In this document: positions 1 to 8,549 of the stretch, in pieces
Layout: the number at the start of each line of letters is the position of its first letter
Numbering within the stretch: the stretch's first letter is position 1
Origin: Candidatus Poribacteria bacterium
GTDB lineage: Bacteria; Poribacteria; WGA-4E; WGA-3G
Direction: 5' to 3'
Length of the DNA: 64,000 nucleotides
NCBI GenBank assembly: GCA_965205025.1
Contig: CBDBFU010000020.1
Coordinates: forward strand, 96,001 to 160,000
The notes under the pieces: generated by a model
Database searches by the model: none
What the model saw: the letters and a program-made list of their open reading frames with translations, nothing else
What the model was told of the DNA's origin: nothing
Position numbers and translations under genes: made by a program

Positions 1-762
1 AGAGGACCACACCATTTTCCTGTAATGCAAAACGTCCTAAAGGCAGATATTAAAGCAATATTTCTTGAGAAACCTGCAGGATGCTCCCTTGAAGAAGTTG
101 ATACAATGACAACAGGTGCGGATGCTAAAGGAATTCCTATAGTAGTAGATTATACAAGACATTGGGGGCCACATCTAATCCGTCTACAAACGCTCATTGA
201 GGATGGTTTAATTGGTGAAGTACAAACCGTCATAGGCTATTGTGGTGGGGGTGTTCTATCGTTCGGTATTCATACTACGGACATGATATGTCAATTTGCA
301 GGTTATGATCCTGTGTCTGTATCTGGTTTAGTTTCAGGATCAGGTGATGTGCCTGAACCGTATGAATATGAACCTGCGATTGTCAGTGCTACAATAAAAT
401 ATGAAAGTGGGGTAATCGGATTTCAGGTTGGAAACCATGGAGTAAGGGGAGGATTTTCTGTAGATATACTTGGAAGTGAAGGATCTGTCCAAACCGGATT
501 TTATACTGGTGTTTCAGTGCAAAAAGGTGGACAACAAGTTGATAATGATACGCTTGATTTACCTGAAAATGCAGGTCCATTCAAAATCGCATATCAACAA
601 ATTACCGACTATCTTGATGGAGGTCCCTTACCTCATTGTTCACGAGATCATTATACTGCTGTAAATGAAATTGGATTTGCTGTAATTGAAAGTGCTATTA
701 CTGGACAAACAATAGAACTACCATGTCAGAATAGGACACGTCTTATTTACGCAAATGGTTAA
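1..762 (+). CDS. Gfo/Idh/MocA family oxidoreductase, 5'-truncated by the window edge
   Basis: Frame is open from base 1 (RGPHHFPVMQ...); FLEKP motif, GLIGEV and HTTDM typical of the family. Confidence 0.8.
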   Translation, partial: RGPHHFPVMQNVLKADIKAIFLEKPAGCSLEEVDTMTTGADAKGIPIVVDYTRHWGPHLIRLQTLIEDGLIGEVQTVIGYCGGGVLSFGIHTTDMICQFAGYDPVSVSGLVSGSGDVPEPYEYEPAIVSATIKYESGVIGFQVGNHGVRGGFSVDILGSEGSVQTGFYTGVSVQKGGQQVDNDTLDLPENAGPFKIAYQQITDYLDGGPLPHCSRDHYTAVNEIGFAVIESAITGQTIELPCQNRTRLIYANG

Positions 763-774
763 TTACAAATTATA

Positions 775-1515
775 ATGGCATCCTTTAATGACCTTGGAAT
801 TATAGATCGTTATCTTATTCGGTTATATCCATTTAAGAAATATAACACATCACCTCATACTCCACTTAATAAACCATTAGATGAAACACGATATACACTT
901 ATCACTACTGGTGGGTTTTATCTTGAAGGGCAACAACCTTTTGCAAAAAGTATAGGTGGTGATTGTTCTTTTCGTGAGATACCAAATTCTATAAGTACAC
1001 AAGACCTGTTAATACAACATAGTAGCAGTGTTTACGATCCAAGTGATACCAGAACTGATGCTAACCTTGTATTCCCATTGGATAGATTTCGAGAATTAGA
1101 GCATAAAGGAAAAATCGGTTCATTAAACCATAGACACTTCAGTTTTATGGGTTCAATCTCATTACCAAGATCCCTTATAAAACTAACTGCACCTAAGGTT
1201 GGAATGCTACTTAAAGAGGATAAAGTAGATGTGGTATTCCTAACTCCTGTATGACCTTTATGTAATCAATCTGTAGGATTGATTCAACGCGCTATCGAAG
1301 ATGTTGGTATCTCAACAGTATCAATTACGCTTGTTGAAAGTGTAGCTAAAAAAGTGAAACCACCGCGGGCATTATCTGTCCCCTTTGATTTTGGACATCC
1401 TCTTGGTGAACCTAACAATCCAACGTTACAACACACTTTAATTTCTGAAGCACTTGAGCTGCTACAAATTGATGAACCTTCACCAATCTTAAAACGTAGT
1501 AGTATTACTACCTAA
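775..1515 (+). CDS. Glycine/sarcosine/betaine/D-proline reductase selenoprotein B family protein; in-frame UGA (Sec) at 1252-1254
   Basis: ORFs 775..1254 and 1279..1515 are one frame joined across a single TGA: VFLTPV-U-PLCNQSVGLIQRAIEDVGISTVSIT...KPPRAL, a UxxC motif in PrdB/GrdB-like context. Confidence 0.85.
1264..1284 (+). promoter_or_regulatory. Candidate bacterial SECIS hairpin
   Basis: AATCAATC-TGTAG-GATTGATT: perfect 8-bp stem with a GU-containing loop, starting 9 nt after the UGA. Confidence 0.65.
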
Positions 1516-1692
1516 TTATTATCACGAGTTGTGCTAAATAGCTTTCAGCAACCAATTGTTTCACATAAATAAAGGTTGTATGAATATCTTTCATTAGTTG
1601 AGACGTTCTTTAGTCCCGTAGGGACGAAATGTCTATAAATGACATTCATACCCGGGGAATGCCATAAGGCATTCATACCCGGGGAATGACTA

Positions 1693-2933
1693 ATGAAGAT
1701 TAATTTTTTAATTCGGTAATAATCCGATCTGGCGTAGCAGCATCTGTGATCCTCCTATGAACTGCGACATAAAACTAATCACCTTGTCTTTCACGATTTC
1801 CCAATCATCGCAATGACGATGGTTATGTAAAACCGATTGACGCACCCATCGCCATAACTTTTCAATCGGGTTCGTCCACGGCGCATAAGTCGGTAGTTGT
1901 ATTATCTCAATCGGAAGTTTTTGTAGTGTTCCGATTTTCTCTGAGGGTTTACCTGTCCAATTCGGTGGCTTCGGTTTCACAAACGATGCTGTTTGCGGGA
2001 GAAGTGCTTCCAATAAGTTAGCTTGAAAGTGGGTTGACCAATTGTCTTGTATCAAATATATCCGTTGCTTGTTTGCGTAGCGTTGGCAAATCTCGGTGTA
2101 AAAAGAATGAAGTGCTTCAGCAGTGCAGCGTGAAACTTGCTGGTAAACAACATCTCCAGTATGTGGGTTCAGAGCCCCGATCCCATAGCACGTTTGGTTG
2201 TGTCTGTAGCTCTGACGGGCTAAAGGTGTTTTCGTGCCTGTTTGTGCCCAGTCTTTTGCTATGGTAGGGTTGCGATAAAACGAGAACTCATCTTGGTAAA
2301 GCGCAACACAGGTCTGTGGATGTTGACGGGTCTCTTCCAAAACTTGCTGGACCCTGTCTATTTTTTGGGCATAGTCTGTATCCGGACTATGTATGTATAA
2401 GCGAGCGCGTTTATAGCTGAGACCGAGTCGACTAAGGATTTTGTGAATACCCGGCACAGACACATCACTGAGCCAAGGGACGATGTTTCCAAGGGATCGG
2501 AGTGTCCATCGTGTTTGATGCGGATTATGTTGTTCAGGTCCCTGTGCGATAGTATTATAGACCTCCGCCTCTGCTTCTTCGGGGGATTTAGGGGAATAAG
2601 CAGGTTTGCGACCACGACCGGGTGTATAGAATAAACCTTGAATACCGTTTTCATTGTATCGGTGAAGCCACGAATAGACCGTATCAGGATCGCGTTCTTT
2701 CAAGAGCATTTTTCGGGCGACTTTGTGAGGGGAAAACCCCTCGCTTATTTTCAAAAAGGCAGCAGCGCGTTCTCGTAGATAAGCCGGTTCGCCTTTATCA
2801 CGGAGTTCAACGAGTTTTTGTCGTTCAGTTTCACTGAGTTCAAGTTTATGATGTTTTGCCATGAATAAATACCTCCTTGAACAAGAGGATAGCACAAAAA
2901 TAAAATTTACCGAATTAAAAAATTAATCTTCAT
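1693..2933 (-). mobile_element. IS630-family insertion sequence (type A)
   Basis: Perfect 27-bp terminal inverted repeats ATGAAGATTAATTTTTTAATTCGGTAA enclosing a transposase gene. Confidence 0.9.
1708..2862 (-). CDS. IS630 family transposase (HTH + DDE)
   Basis: YQDE, IQDN and LPTYAPWTNPIEKLW motifs; start MAKHHK at 2862 preceded by AGGAGGT. Confidence 0.9.
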   Translation of the reverse strand: MAKHHKLELSETERQKLVELRDKGEPAYLRERAAAFLKISEGFSPHKVARKMLLKERDPDTVYSWLHRYNENGIQGLFYTPGRGRKPAYSPKSPEEAEAEVYNTIAQGPEQHNPHQTRWTLRSLGNIVPWLSDVSVPGIHKILSRLGLSYKRARLYIHSPDTDYAQKIDRVQQVLEETRQHPQTCVALYQDEFSFYRNPTIAKDWAQTGTKTPLARQSYRHNQTCYGIGALNPHTGDVVYQQVSRCTAEALHSFYTEICQRYANKQRIYLIQDNWSTHFQANLLEALLPQTASFVKPKPPNWTGKPSEKIGTLQKLPIEIIQLPTYAPWTNPIEKLWRWVRQSVLHNHRHCDDWEIVKDKVISFMSQFIGGSQMLLRQIGLLPN

Positions 2934-3568
2934 ATGTCATTCATACCGTTGATTCCTTGATTCCTTGATTCCGCGCATTCGGCGTTGATTTGGGGAACGA
3001 CTTAATGTCGTTCATACCCGGGGAATGTCTAAATGACATTCATGCCGTTGATTCCTTGATTCCGGGATTCCGGGATTCCTTGATTTCTTAATTCCCTTAG
3101 ACTCCGATCCTCGATTCATCCATTTCTTCTGTGGGCGGGGAATGCCTAAATGGCATTCATACCCGACGAATGCCCGGTGAATGCCTAAATGGCATTCATA
3201 CCCGGGGAATGCCATAAGGCATTCATACCGTTGATTCCGGGATTCCGCGCATTCGGCGTTGATTTGGGGAATGTCTAAATGACATTCATACCCGGGGAAT
3301 GCCATAAGGCATTCATACCGTTGATTCCGGGATTCCGGGATTCCGGGATTCCGGGATTCCGGGATTCCGAATCCCCGATCTTCTCCACTTCTGTAGGATG
3401 TAATTCCGACCCCCGAACTTCTCCTCTTCTCTTCTGTAGGATGTAATTCCGACCCCCGATCTTAACTACAAACGTATCGTGATACGAAGAACATACCTTC
3501 CAGCACGTTAATGCCAAAAACTTTATACACCCAAAGACAATTTAGTATTCTTCAATAGGTTATATATG

Positions 3569-3903
3569 ATGAAGATTAAGAACATATTTTGGTAATTCTA
3601 ATTTTCCCAAACCCGGTAGGTGCGGTTTCCTAACCACGTATAGGTGTCAATTTAAGGAGAAGTACGCTATAAATTTCAGGTCGGTAGGTTCGGTTTCCTA
3701 ACCGAACCGGGTTTGTTCCAATTGCGTTCATAAAGTTTTTCGCGAAGGAGCCAGTGCGATTAGGAAATCGCACCTACCGGACTGGGAAAACCACTAAATT
3801 GACGCCTATGGTGCGGTTTCCTAACCACGGGGAATGCTAAATAGCATTCATACCGTTGATTTGGATTTTTTCAAAATTACCGAATTTAAAAATTAATCTT
3901 CAT
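3569..3903. mobile_element. MITE with IS630-A ends (ATGAAGATTAA...TTAATCTTCAT) containing a nested element
   Basis: Ends match IS 1693-2933; absent from the paralogous sites at ~6864 and ~13600. Confidence 0.8.
3639..3810. mobile_element. MITE family C (YATAGGYGTCAATTTA...TAAATTGACGCCTATG) with a 19-bp flanking direct repeat
   Basis: GTGCGGTTTCCTAACCACG at 3620-3638 and 3811-3829; reverse-complement copy at 58298-58658. Confidence 0.8.
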
Positions 3904-3983
3904 TATATATAGGCAAATTCCAATGTTCGTTAAGGACATATTTAAAGTTATTAATTCATTTTTTTTGAATTAAAATTAATTTT

Positions 3984-4012
3984 ATGTCGGAATTCATCCC
4001 AAATTTACGTCA
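3984..4012 (+). promoter_or_regulatory. Putative ECF sigma promoter TGTCGGAATT-N13/14-CGTCA
   Basis: Conserved in three copies (~3985, ~6949, ~13686) at the head of each cassette; GGAA/CGTC resemble ECF -35/-10 elements. Confidence 0.5.
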
Positions 4013-4109
4013 CGCTTAGTAAAGGCAGTGATATTTTTCACTGGATGGAGGCAGTGATGTTTTTCTCTTGGGGGAGGAGATGAATGAAACGTCCTAAATC
4101 GGCATTTTT

Positions 4110-4793
4110 ATGGGAACCGGCAGCGAAGAAACGCTACGTCTGCTTATGAAGAAGTATTATGAACCGATCCGTGCTTCCGTTACCAAGATCATAGGAAACC
4201 GTGAAGATGCCGATGAAATTACGAGTGAAACCTTCTTCAAAGCCTTCAATAAGAGAAATACGATTAAGGACCCTGAGAGACTCGTGGGGTGGTTATACAC
4301 CACAGCGAGAAATGCTGCGTTTGACCGAATAAGAGACAGACAACAAAAGGTTAATCAGATGCATGAATTCGTCTCTCTTTATAATGTGGATGGTGAAAGA
4401 GAAGCATCCATGCTTGCAGCACAGCAGGCACAACAGACTGAGGCAGAACATTATCTGTTGAAACGTCTCCTGCGGCTACTACCAGAAAAGGACCTTCAGG
4501 TTGTTGAATACCTATTAGATGACCTAAAGCCGAAGCAGATTGCAGAACTGATAGGTTCCACTGCCGAGGCTGTTCAGAAAAGATGGGAGCGGATACTCAA
4601 ATGGTTACGTCTGATTGCGCAACAATTAGATGAACTAATCAGCGATCTTCCATCTCAAGAACAGAAGATTATGGAACGGTATTTAGACAATCAACCTCTC
4701 AAAGAGATAAGTGAAAAATTAGGTATGTCTCCGAATGACATTGAAGTGCGCGTGAAACGTGTGATAAAGCGGTGGAAGAAGACCGTAACGTAA
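4110..4793 (+). CDS. ECF-type RNA polymerase sigma factor with two tandem sigma4 domains
   Basis: sigma2 (DADEITSETFFKAF, WLYTTARNAAFDRIR) plus two HTH modules (LPEKD...QIAELIG; LPSQE...EISEKLGMS); true start may be ~4080 after GGAGGAG. Confidence 0.85.
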   Translation: MGTGSEETLRLLMKKYYEPIRASVTKIIGNREDADEITSETFFKAFNKRNTIKDPERLVGWLYTTARNAAFDRIRDRQQKVNQMHEFVSLYNVDGEREASMLAAQQAQQTEAEHYLLKRLLRLLPEKDLQVVEYLLDDLKPKQIAELIGSTAEAVQKRWERILKWLRLIAQQLDELISDLPSQEQKIMERYLDNQPLKEISEKLGMSPNDIEVRVKRVIKRWKKTVT

Positions 4794-5241
4794 AACGCCA
4801 CTACAAAGTTAAGCGTGAGAGTAATTGATTTATTTTATTTTGATAAATTACGGGAGAAATGATACAATTTGCAAAATACTACCATGAGAATGAGAGAAAA
4901 CAAACACGATTCGGATGGTATTTCCAAATTGCATTTTTTCCTTCAACTAACACTGACTTCCAACACGGAAATTAGAAAGGAGTAAAGGAAATGACAGATG
5001 TTTTACAATACTTTCACATATAATCTGAGTTTTAGTTGAATGGTTGCAGAGTGAATAAAATTGATTGCTCAGAGAAGTTCCGAGATTTCAGGATTAAAAT
5101 AACTTCAGGTTTTTACTGAAGCCATTTTTAATTTACGGTCTTCTGACCCCATGTCATCTCGTCAATTTTAACTTTACGTTACTGCATGTTTGCACGCTGA
5201 TCGCGTGTAGATAAAACTATAACTCTATAAAGGAGAATATT

Positions 5242-6048
5242 ATGTGGTATAAAATGAGCTGGGGACTTGGTGTTCTCGCAGTTGTTCTGCTTATAGGTTT
5301 CTCTATGCTTATTATTCCCACCCAGATGGAACTTAAGCAGATGCGTGAGGAAGCAAAAGCAAATGAGAAAATATCACAAGAGAAAAGAGACCATGAACAT
5401 TATCAGGCTGATAATGAAACACACGCTGGAATCTCGGATTCAGAACAGGGTACGGAAACAACTGTGAAACCGGACAATCCAGTTAATATAAATGAGAATG
5501 ACAACGTGACTGAAACTACGGAAACGGTTGGTGTTGGCACCGGTGCTAATGGCGAAGTTTTTCGATTTAAAGATGGTATCTATAAAGGTATGACCTATCC
5601 TGAAGCACTGAAGTTTTGGCAAAAACGTGTAAGTGATGCAGAAAAAGAATATAATGATGTCCTTGGTACATACAACGGCATAAAAGAGGCTTTATTCAAC
5701 GCAAGTCATTCAGGAATGGCGATTTTAGTCGGAAGTCTTAGAAAATTACCCTCTAATGTGTATGAGCAAGCAATGGATCGGTTTTTTAAAAATGATCCGA
5801 ACGGTCGTGAAAAATTTGAAGCATATATGAACGAAGTTGAGAAACATGCTTATTCAGGATCCTTAGCGGATCAGGTATCAAGGTTTGAGAATGAAAAAGA
5901 GTATCGGCAAATGCTTAGAGTTTCATGGGATGAATTACGCCCTGAAAGGGATAGGCTTCGGGCTGAATATATGAAAATTTATCTTGAAACGCACCCACTT
6001 AGAGATAAGGAGGCACTTAGAGAAATAAGGAGGCACTTAGAGAAATAA
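5242..6048 (+). CDS. N-terminally membrane-anchored hypothetical protein (cassette copy 1)
   Basis: AAGGAG RBS, N-terminal TM helix, Thr/Glu/Asn-rich linker, helical C-domain; near-identical to 7167..7952. Confidence 0.8.
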   Translation: MWYKMSWGLGVLAVVLLIGFSMLIIPTQMELKQMREEAKANEKISQEKRDHEHYQADNETHAGISDSEQGTETTVKPDNPVNINENDNVTETTETVGVGTGANGEVFRFKDGIYKGMTYPEALKFWQKRVSDAEKEYNDVLGTYNGIKEALFNASHSGMAILVGSLRKLPSNVYEQAMDRFFKNDPNGREKFEAYMNEVEKHAYSGSLADQVSRFENEKEYRQMLRVSWDELRPERDRLRAEYMKIYLETHPLRDKEALREIRRHLEK

Positions 6049-6057
6049 GGAGGAATT

Positions 6058-6221
6058 AAGAAATATTTAAAATTAAGAAAGCAACTGCTTTTTTGGCTGT
6101 TAGTATATTTATTTTAACGCATATCTGTTTATTAACTTCTGTTATAGCAGAATGTGGTATAGACAGTTATGAAAAATTAGAAGAGGCTAAAAAGGAATTA
6201 GATCGGTTGAAAACCGTGTAA
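6058..6221 (+). pseudogene. Truncated paralogue of secreted protein 7956..8492
   Basis: Reads KIKKATAFLAVSIFILTHICLLTSVIAECGIDSYEKLEEAKKELDRLKTV*; no intact start. Confidence 0.7.
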
Positions 6222-6331
6222 AACCTTCCGCGGATAGCAAAAACATCGGATCGTCTCCTTAAGTCTCAGTAAATTGCGATAGCAAACTTAACATCCCAAA
6301 AGCCATACCTATTGTAAAAAATAATATTAGG

Positions 6332-6627
6332 ATGCAATTACCTCCTTACCTTCGGAAAATCCTTGTCTGTGTCCTGCTTTTATACCTCATGTTTCTCACT
6401 TTTGTGATACGTAACCAAGGTGTAGAACATCTCTCCGCTGGACACTTTACAGAAAACGATGCTTTCCTTTATTAGTGGATGGCGGAGAAAATTGTAGAAA
6501 ACAGCATCCTCCCGCCCCGTGATACACATCGCTGGCTTCCCCTCGTCAGATAACGCTCAACTGTTACCACTCTATTCTTATGCCATTGCCTATATCCATA
6601 ACACATTGGCGTGGATCTTTCCTGCAC
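6332..6627 (+). pseudogene. 5' remnant of an STT3-like gene (paralogue of 15663..)
   Basis: MQLPPYLRKILVCVLLLYLMFLTF...FTENDAFLY then stop; breaks off at a family-C element end at ~6628. Confidence 0.75.
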
Positions 6628-7005
6628 TATAAGCGTCAATTTAAGCATTAGACTCTTGGTAGGAAGGGATTCCAATCCCCGATCTTTTCCTCTTCTGTGG
6701 GCGGGGAATGCCTAAATGGCATTCATACCGTTGATTCCTGGATTCCAATCCCCGATCTTAACTACAAACGTATCGTGATACGAAGAACATACCTTCCAGT
6801 GCGTTAATGCCAACAACTTTATACACCCAAAGACAATTTAGTATTCTTCGATAGGTTATATATGTATATAAAGGCAAATTCTTATGTTCCTTAAGGTCAT
6901 TTATAAAGTTAATAATACAATGATCTTTATGGCTTAAAATTAATTTTATGTCGGAATTCTTCCCAATTCTACGTCAGGTTAAATAAAGGCAGTGATGTTT
7001 TCACT

Positions 7006-7085
7006 TGCCGAGGCTGTTAAGAAAAGATAGGAACGGATACTTAAGTGGTTACGTCCGATTGCGCAACAATTAGATGAACTAATCA
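7006..7085 (+). pseudogene. Internal fragment of the ECF sigma gene (cassette copy 2)
   Basis: DNA matches ~4562-4642. Confidence 0.7.
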
Positions 7086-7166
7086 GTAATTTTAACTTTA
7101 CATTACTGCATGTTTTGCGCGCTGATCGCGTGTAGATAAAACTATAACTCTATAAAGGAGAATATT

Positions 7167-7952
7167 ATGTGGTATAAAATGAGTTGGGGACTTGGTGTTC
7201 TCGCAGTTGTTCTGCTTATAGGTTTCTCTATGCTTGTTATTCCCGCACAGATGGAACTTAAGGAGATGCGTGAGGAAGCAAAAGCAAATGAGAAAATGTT
7301 ACAAGGTGAAAGAAAACATGACCATGAACATTATCAGGCTGATAATGAAACACACGTTGGAATCTCGGATTTAAAACAGGTTACGGAAACAGCTGTGAAA
7401 CCGGACAATCCAGTTAATATAAATGAGAATGACAACGTGACTGAAACTACGGAAACGGTTGGTGTTGGCACCGGTGCTAATGGCGAAGTTTTTCGATTTA
7501 AAGATGGTATCTATAAAGGTATGACCTATCCTGAAGCACTGAAGTTTTGGCAAAAACGTGTAAGTGATGCAGAGAAAGAATATAATGATGTCCTTGGTAC
7601 ATACAACGGCATAAAAGAGGCTTTATTCAACGCAAGTCATTCAGGAATGGCGATTTTAGTCGGAAGTCTTAGAAAATTACCCTCTAATGTGTATGAGCAA
7701 GCAATGGATCGGTTTTTTAAAAATGATCCGAACGGTCGTGAAAAATTTGAAGCATATATGAACGAAGTTGAGAAACATGCTTATTCAGGATCCTTAGCGG
7801 ATCAGGTATCAAGGTTTGAGAATGAGAAAGAGTATCGGCAAATGCTTAGAGTTTCATGGGATGAATTACGCCCTGAAAGGGATAGGCTTCGGGCTGAATA
7901 TATGAAAATTTATCTTGAAGCGCACCCGCTTAGAGGAATAAGGAGGAATTAA
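7167..7952 (+). CDS. N-terminally membrane-anchored hypothetical protein (cassette copy 2)
   Basis: Duplicate of 5242..6048; carries NET, NVT and NAS sequons. Confidence 0.8.
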   Translation: MWYKMSWGLGVLAVVLLIGFSMLVIPAQMELKEMREEAKANEKMLQGERKHDHEHYQADNETHVGISDLKQVTETAVKPDNPVNINENDNVTETTETVGVGTGANGEVFRFKDGIYKGMTYPEALKFWQKRVSDAEKEYNDVLGTYNGIKEALFNASHSGMAILVGSLRKLPSNVYEQAMDRFFKNDPNGREKFEAYMNEVEKHAYSGSLADQVSRFENEKEYRQMLRVSWDELRPERDRLRAEYMKIYLEAHPLRGIRRN

Positions 7953-7955
7953 AAA

Positions 7956-8492
7956 TTGAAATTATTGTTTAAAATTAAGAAGGTAACTGCTTTTTTTGTT
8001 GTTAGTATATTTATTTTAACGCATATCTGTTTCTTATCTTCTGCTATAGCAGATTGCGGTATAGACACTTATAAGCAATTAGTAGAGGCTACAAACGAAC
8101 TAAGTAAGTTGGAAAACACAGATCTTCCAATCGCTCAAAATAATTTGGACCTAGCAGAGGCCGCCTTTCTTGACTTTACAGAGCGAATAAAATACTATTA
8201 TATTGTTGGTATATTAGGCGGCGGTATAATTAGTGGTCCGGGGGGCATCGTACTTGGAGCAGCGGGTGCAACAATTATGACTGGTATGGAAGCAACTCAG
8301 CTCATGGAAAATATTAATAATGCCCGGGACAGGCTTAAGGAAGTGAATGCTCAGATAAAGACGCTTAAGAAACTATTAAAAACATTTGATGAAACTCATG
8401 GTTTCGATGATACCATTAACAACCCTGATTTCTATGACGATGATGGTGGTGCTAATAATGACGGCGGTTGTAATGACGGCGCCTATGCTTAA
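7956..8492 (+). CDS. Secreted helical protein with a glycine-rich hydrophobic core and an acidic C-terminal GGAxxGGC tail
   Basis: Signal peptide (..SSAIA/DCG), coiled-coil arms, GILGGGIISGPGGIVLGAAGA, tail DDDGGANNDGGCNDGAYA. Confidence 0.75.
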   Translation: MKLLFKIKKVTAFFVVSIFILTHICFLSSAIADCGIDTYKQLVEATNELSKLENTDLPIAQNNLDLAEAAFLDFTERIKYYYIVGILGGGIISGPGGIVLGAAGATIMTGMEATQLMENINNARDRLKEVNAQIKTLKKLLKTFDETHGFDDTINNPDFYDDDGGANNDGGCNDGAYA

Positions 8493-8501
8493 TTTTGATA
8501 T

Positions 8502-8541
8502 TGTGGTTCCTACACTTTTTGTGCAGGAACCACATTTTTTT
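8502..8541 (+). terminator. Intrinsic terminator-like hairpin after the secreted-protein gene
   Basis: TGTGGTTCCTACAC-TTTTT-GTGCAGGAACCACA followed by T7. Confidence 0.7.
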
Positions 8542-8549
8542 GTGAAAGA

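Larger units (their letters stand above)
1624..3420. repeat. Cluster of GGGGAATG-(cc/tc)-taa-(gg/tga)CATTCATACC hairpin repeats and octamer runs (CCTTGATT)n/(CCGGGATT)n, split by IS630
   Basis: Many hairpin copies at ~1627-1692 and 2934-3320; ccgggatt run at ~3327-3366; further copies at ~3829, 6703, 12437, 18798, 57045. Confidence 0.8.

Noticed and set aside
2934-3420. Possible CRISPR array
   Set aside because: Irregular spacing, repeated rather than unique spacers, dispersed copies elsewhere, no cas genes
3012-3517. Minus-strand ORFs 3012..3305 and 3275..3517
   Set aside because: Translations of repeat DNA (GYECHL, ESRNPGI units)
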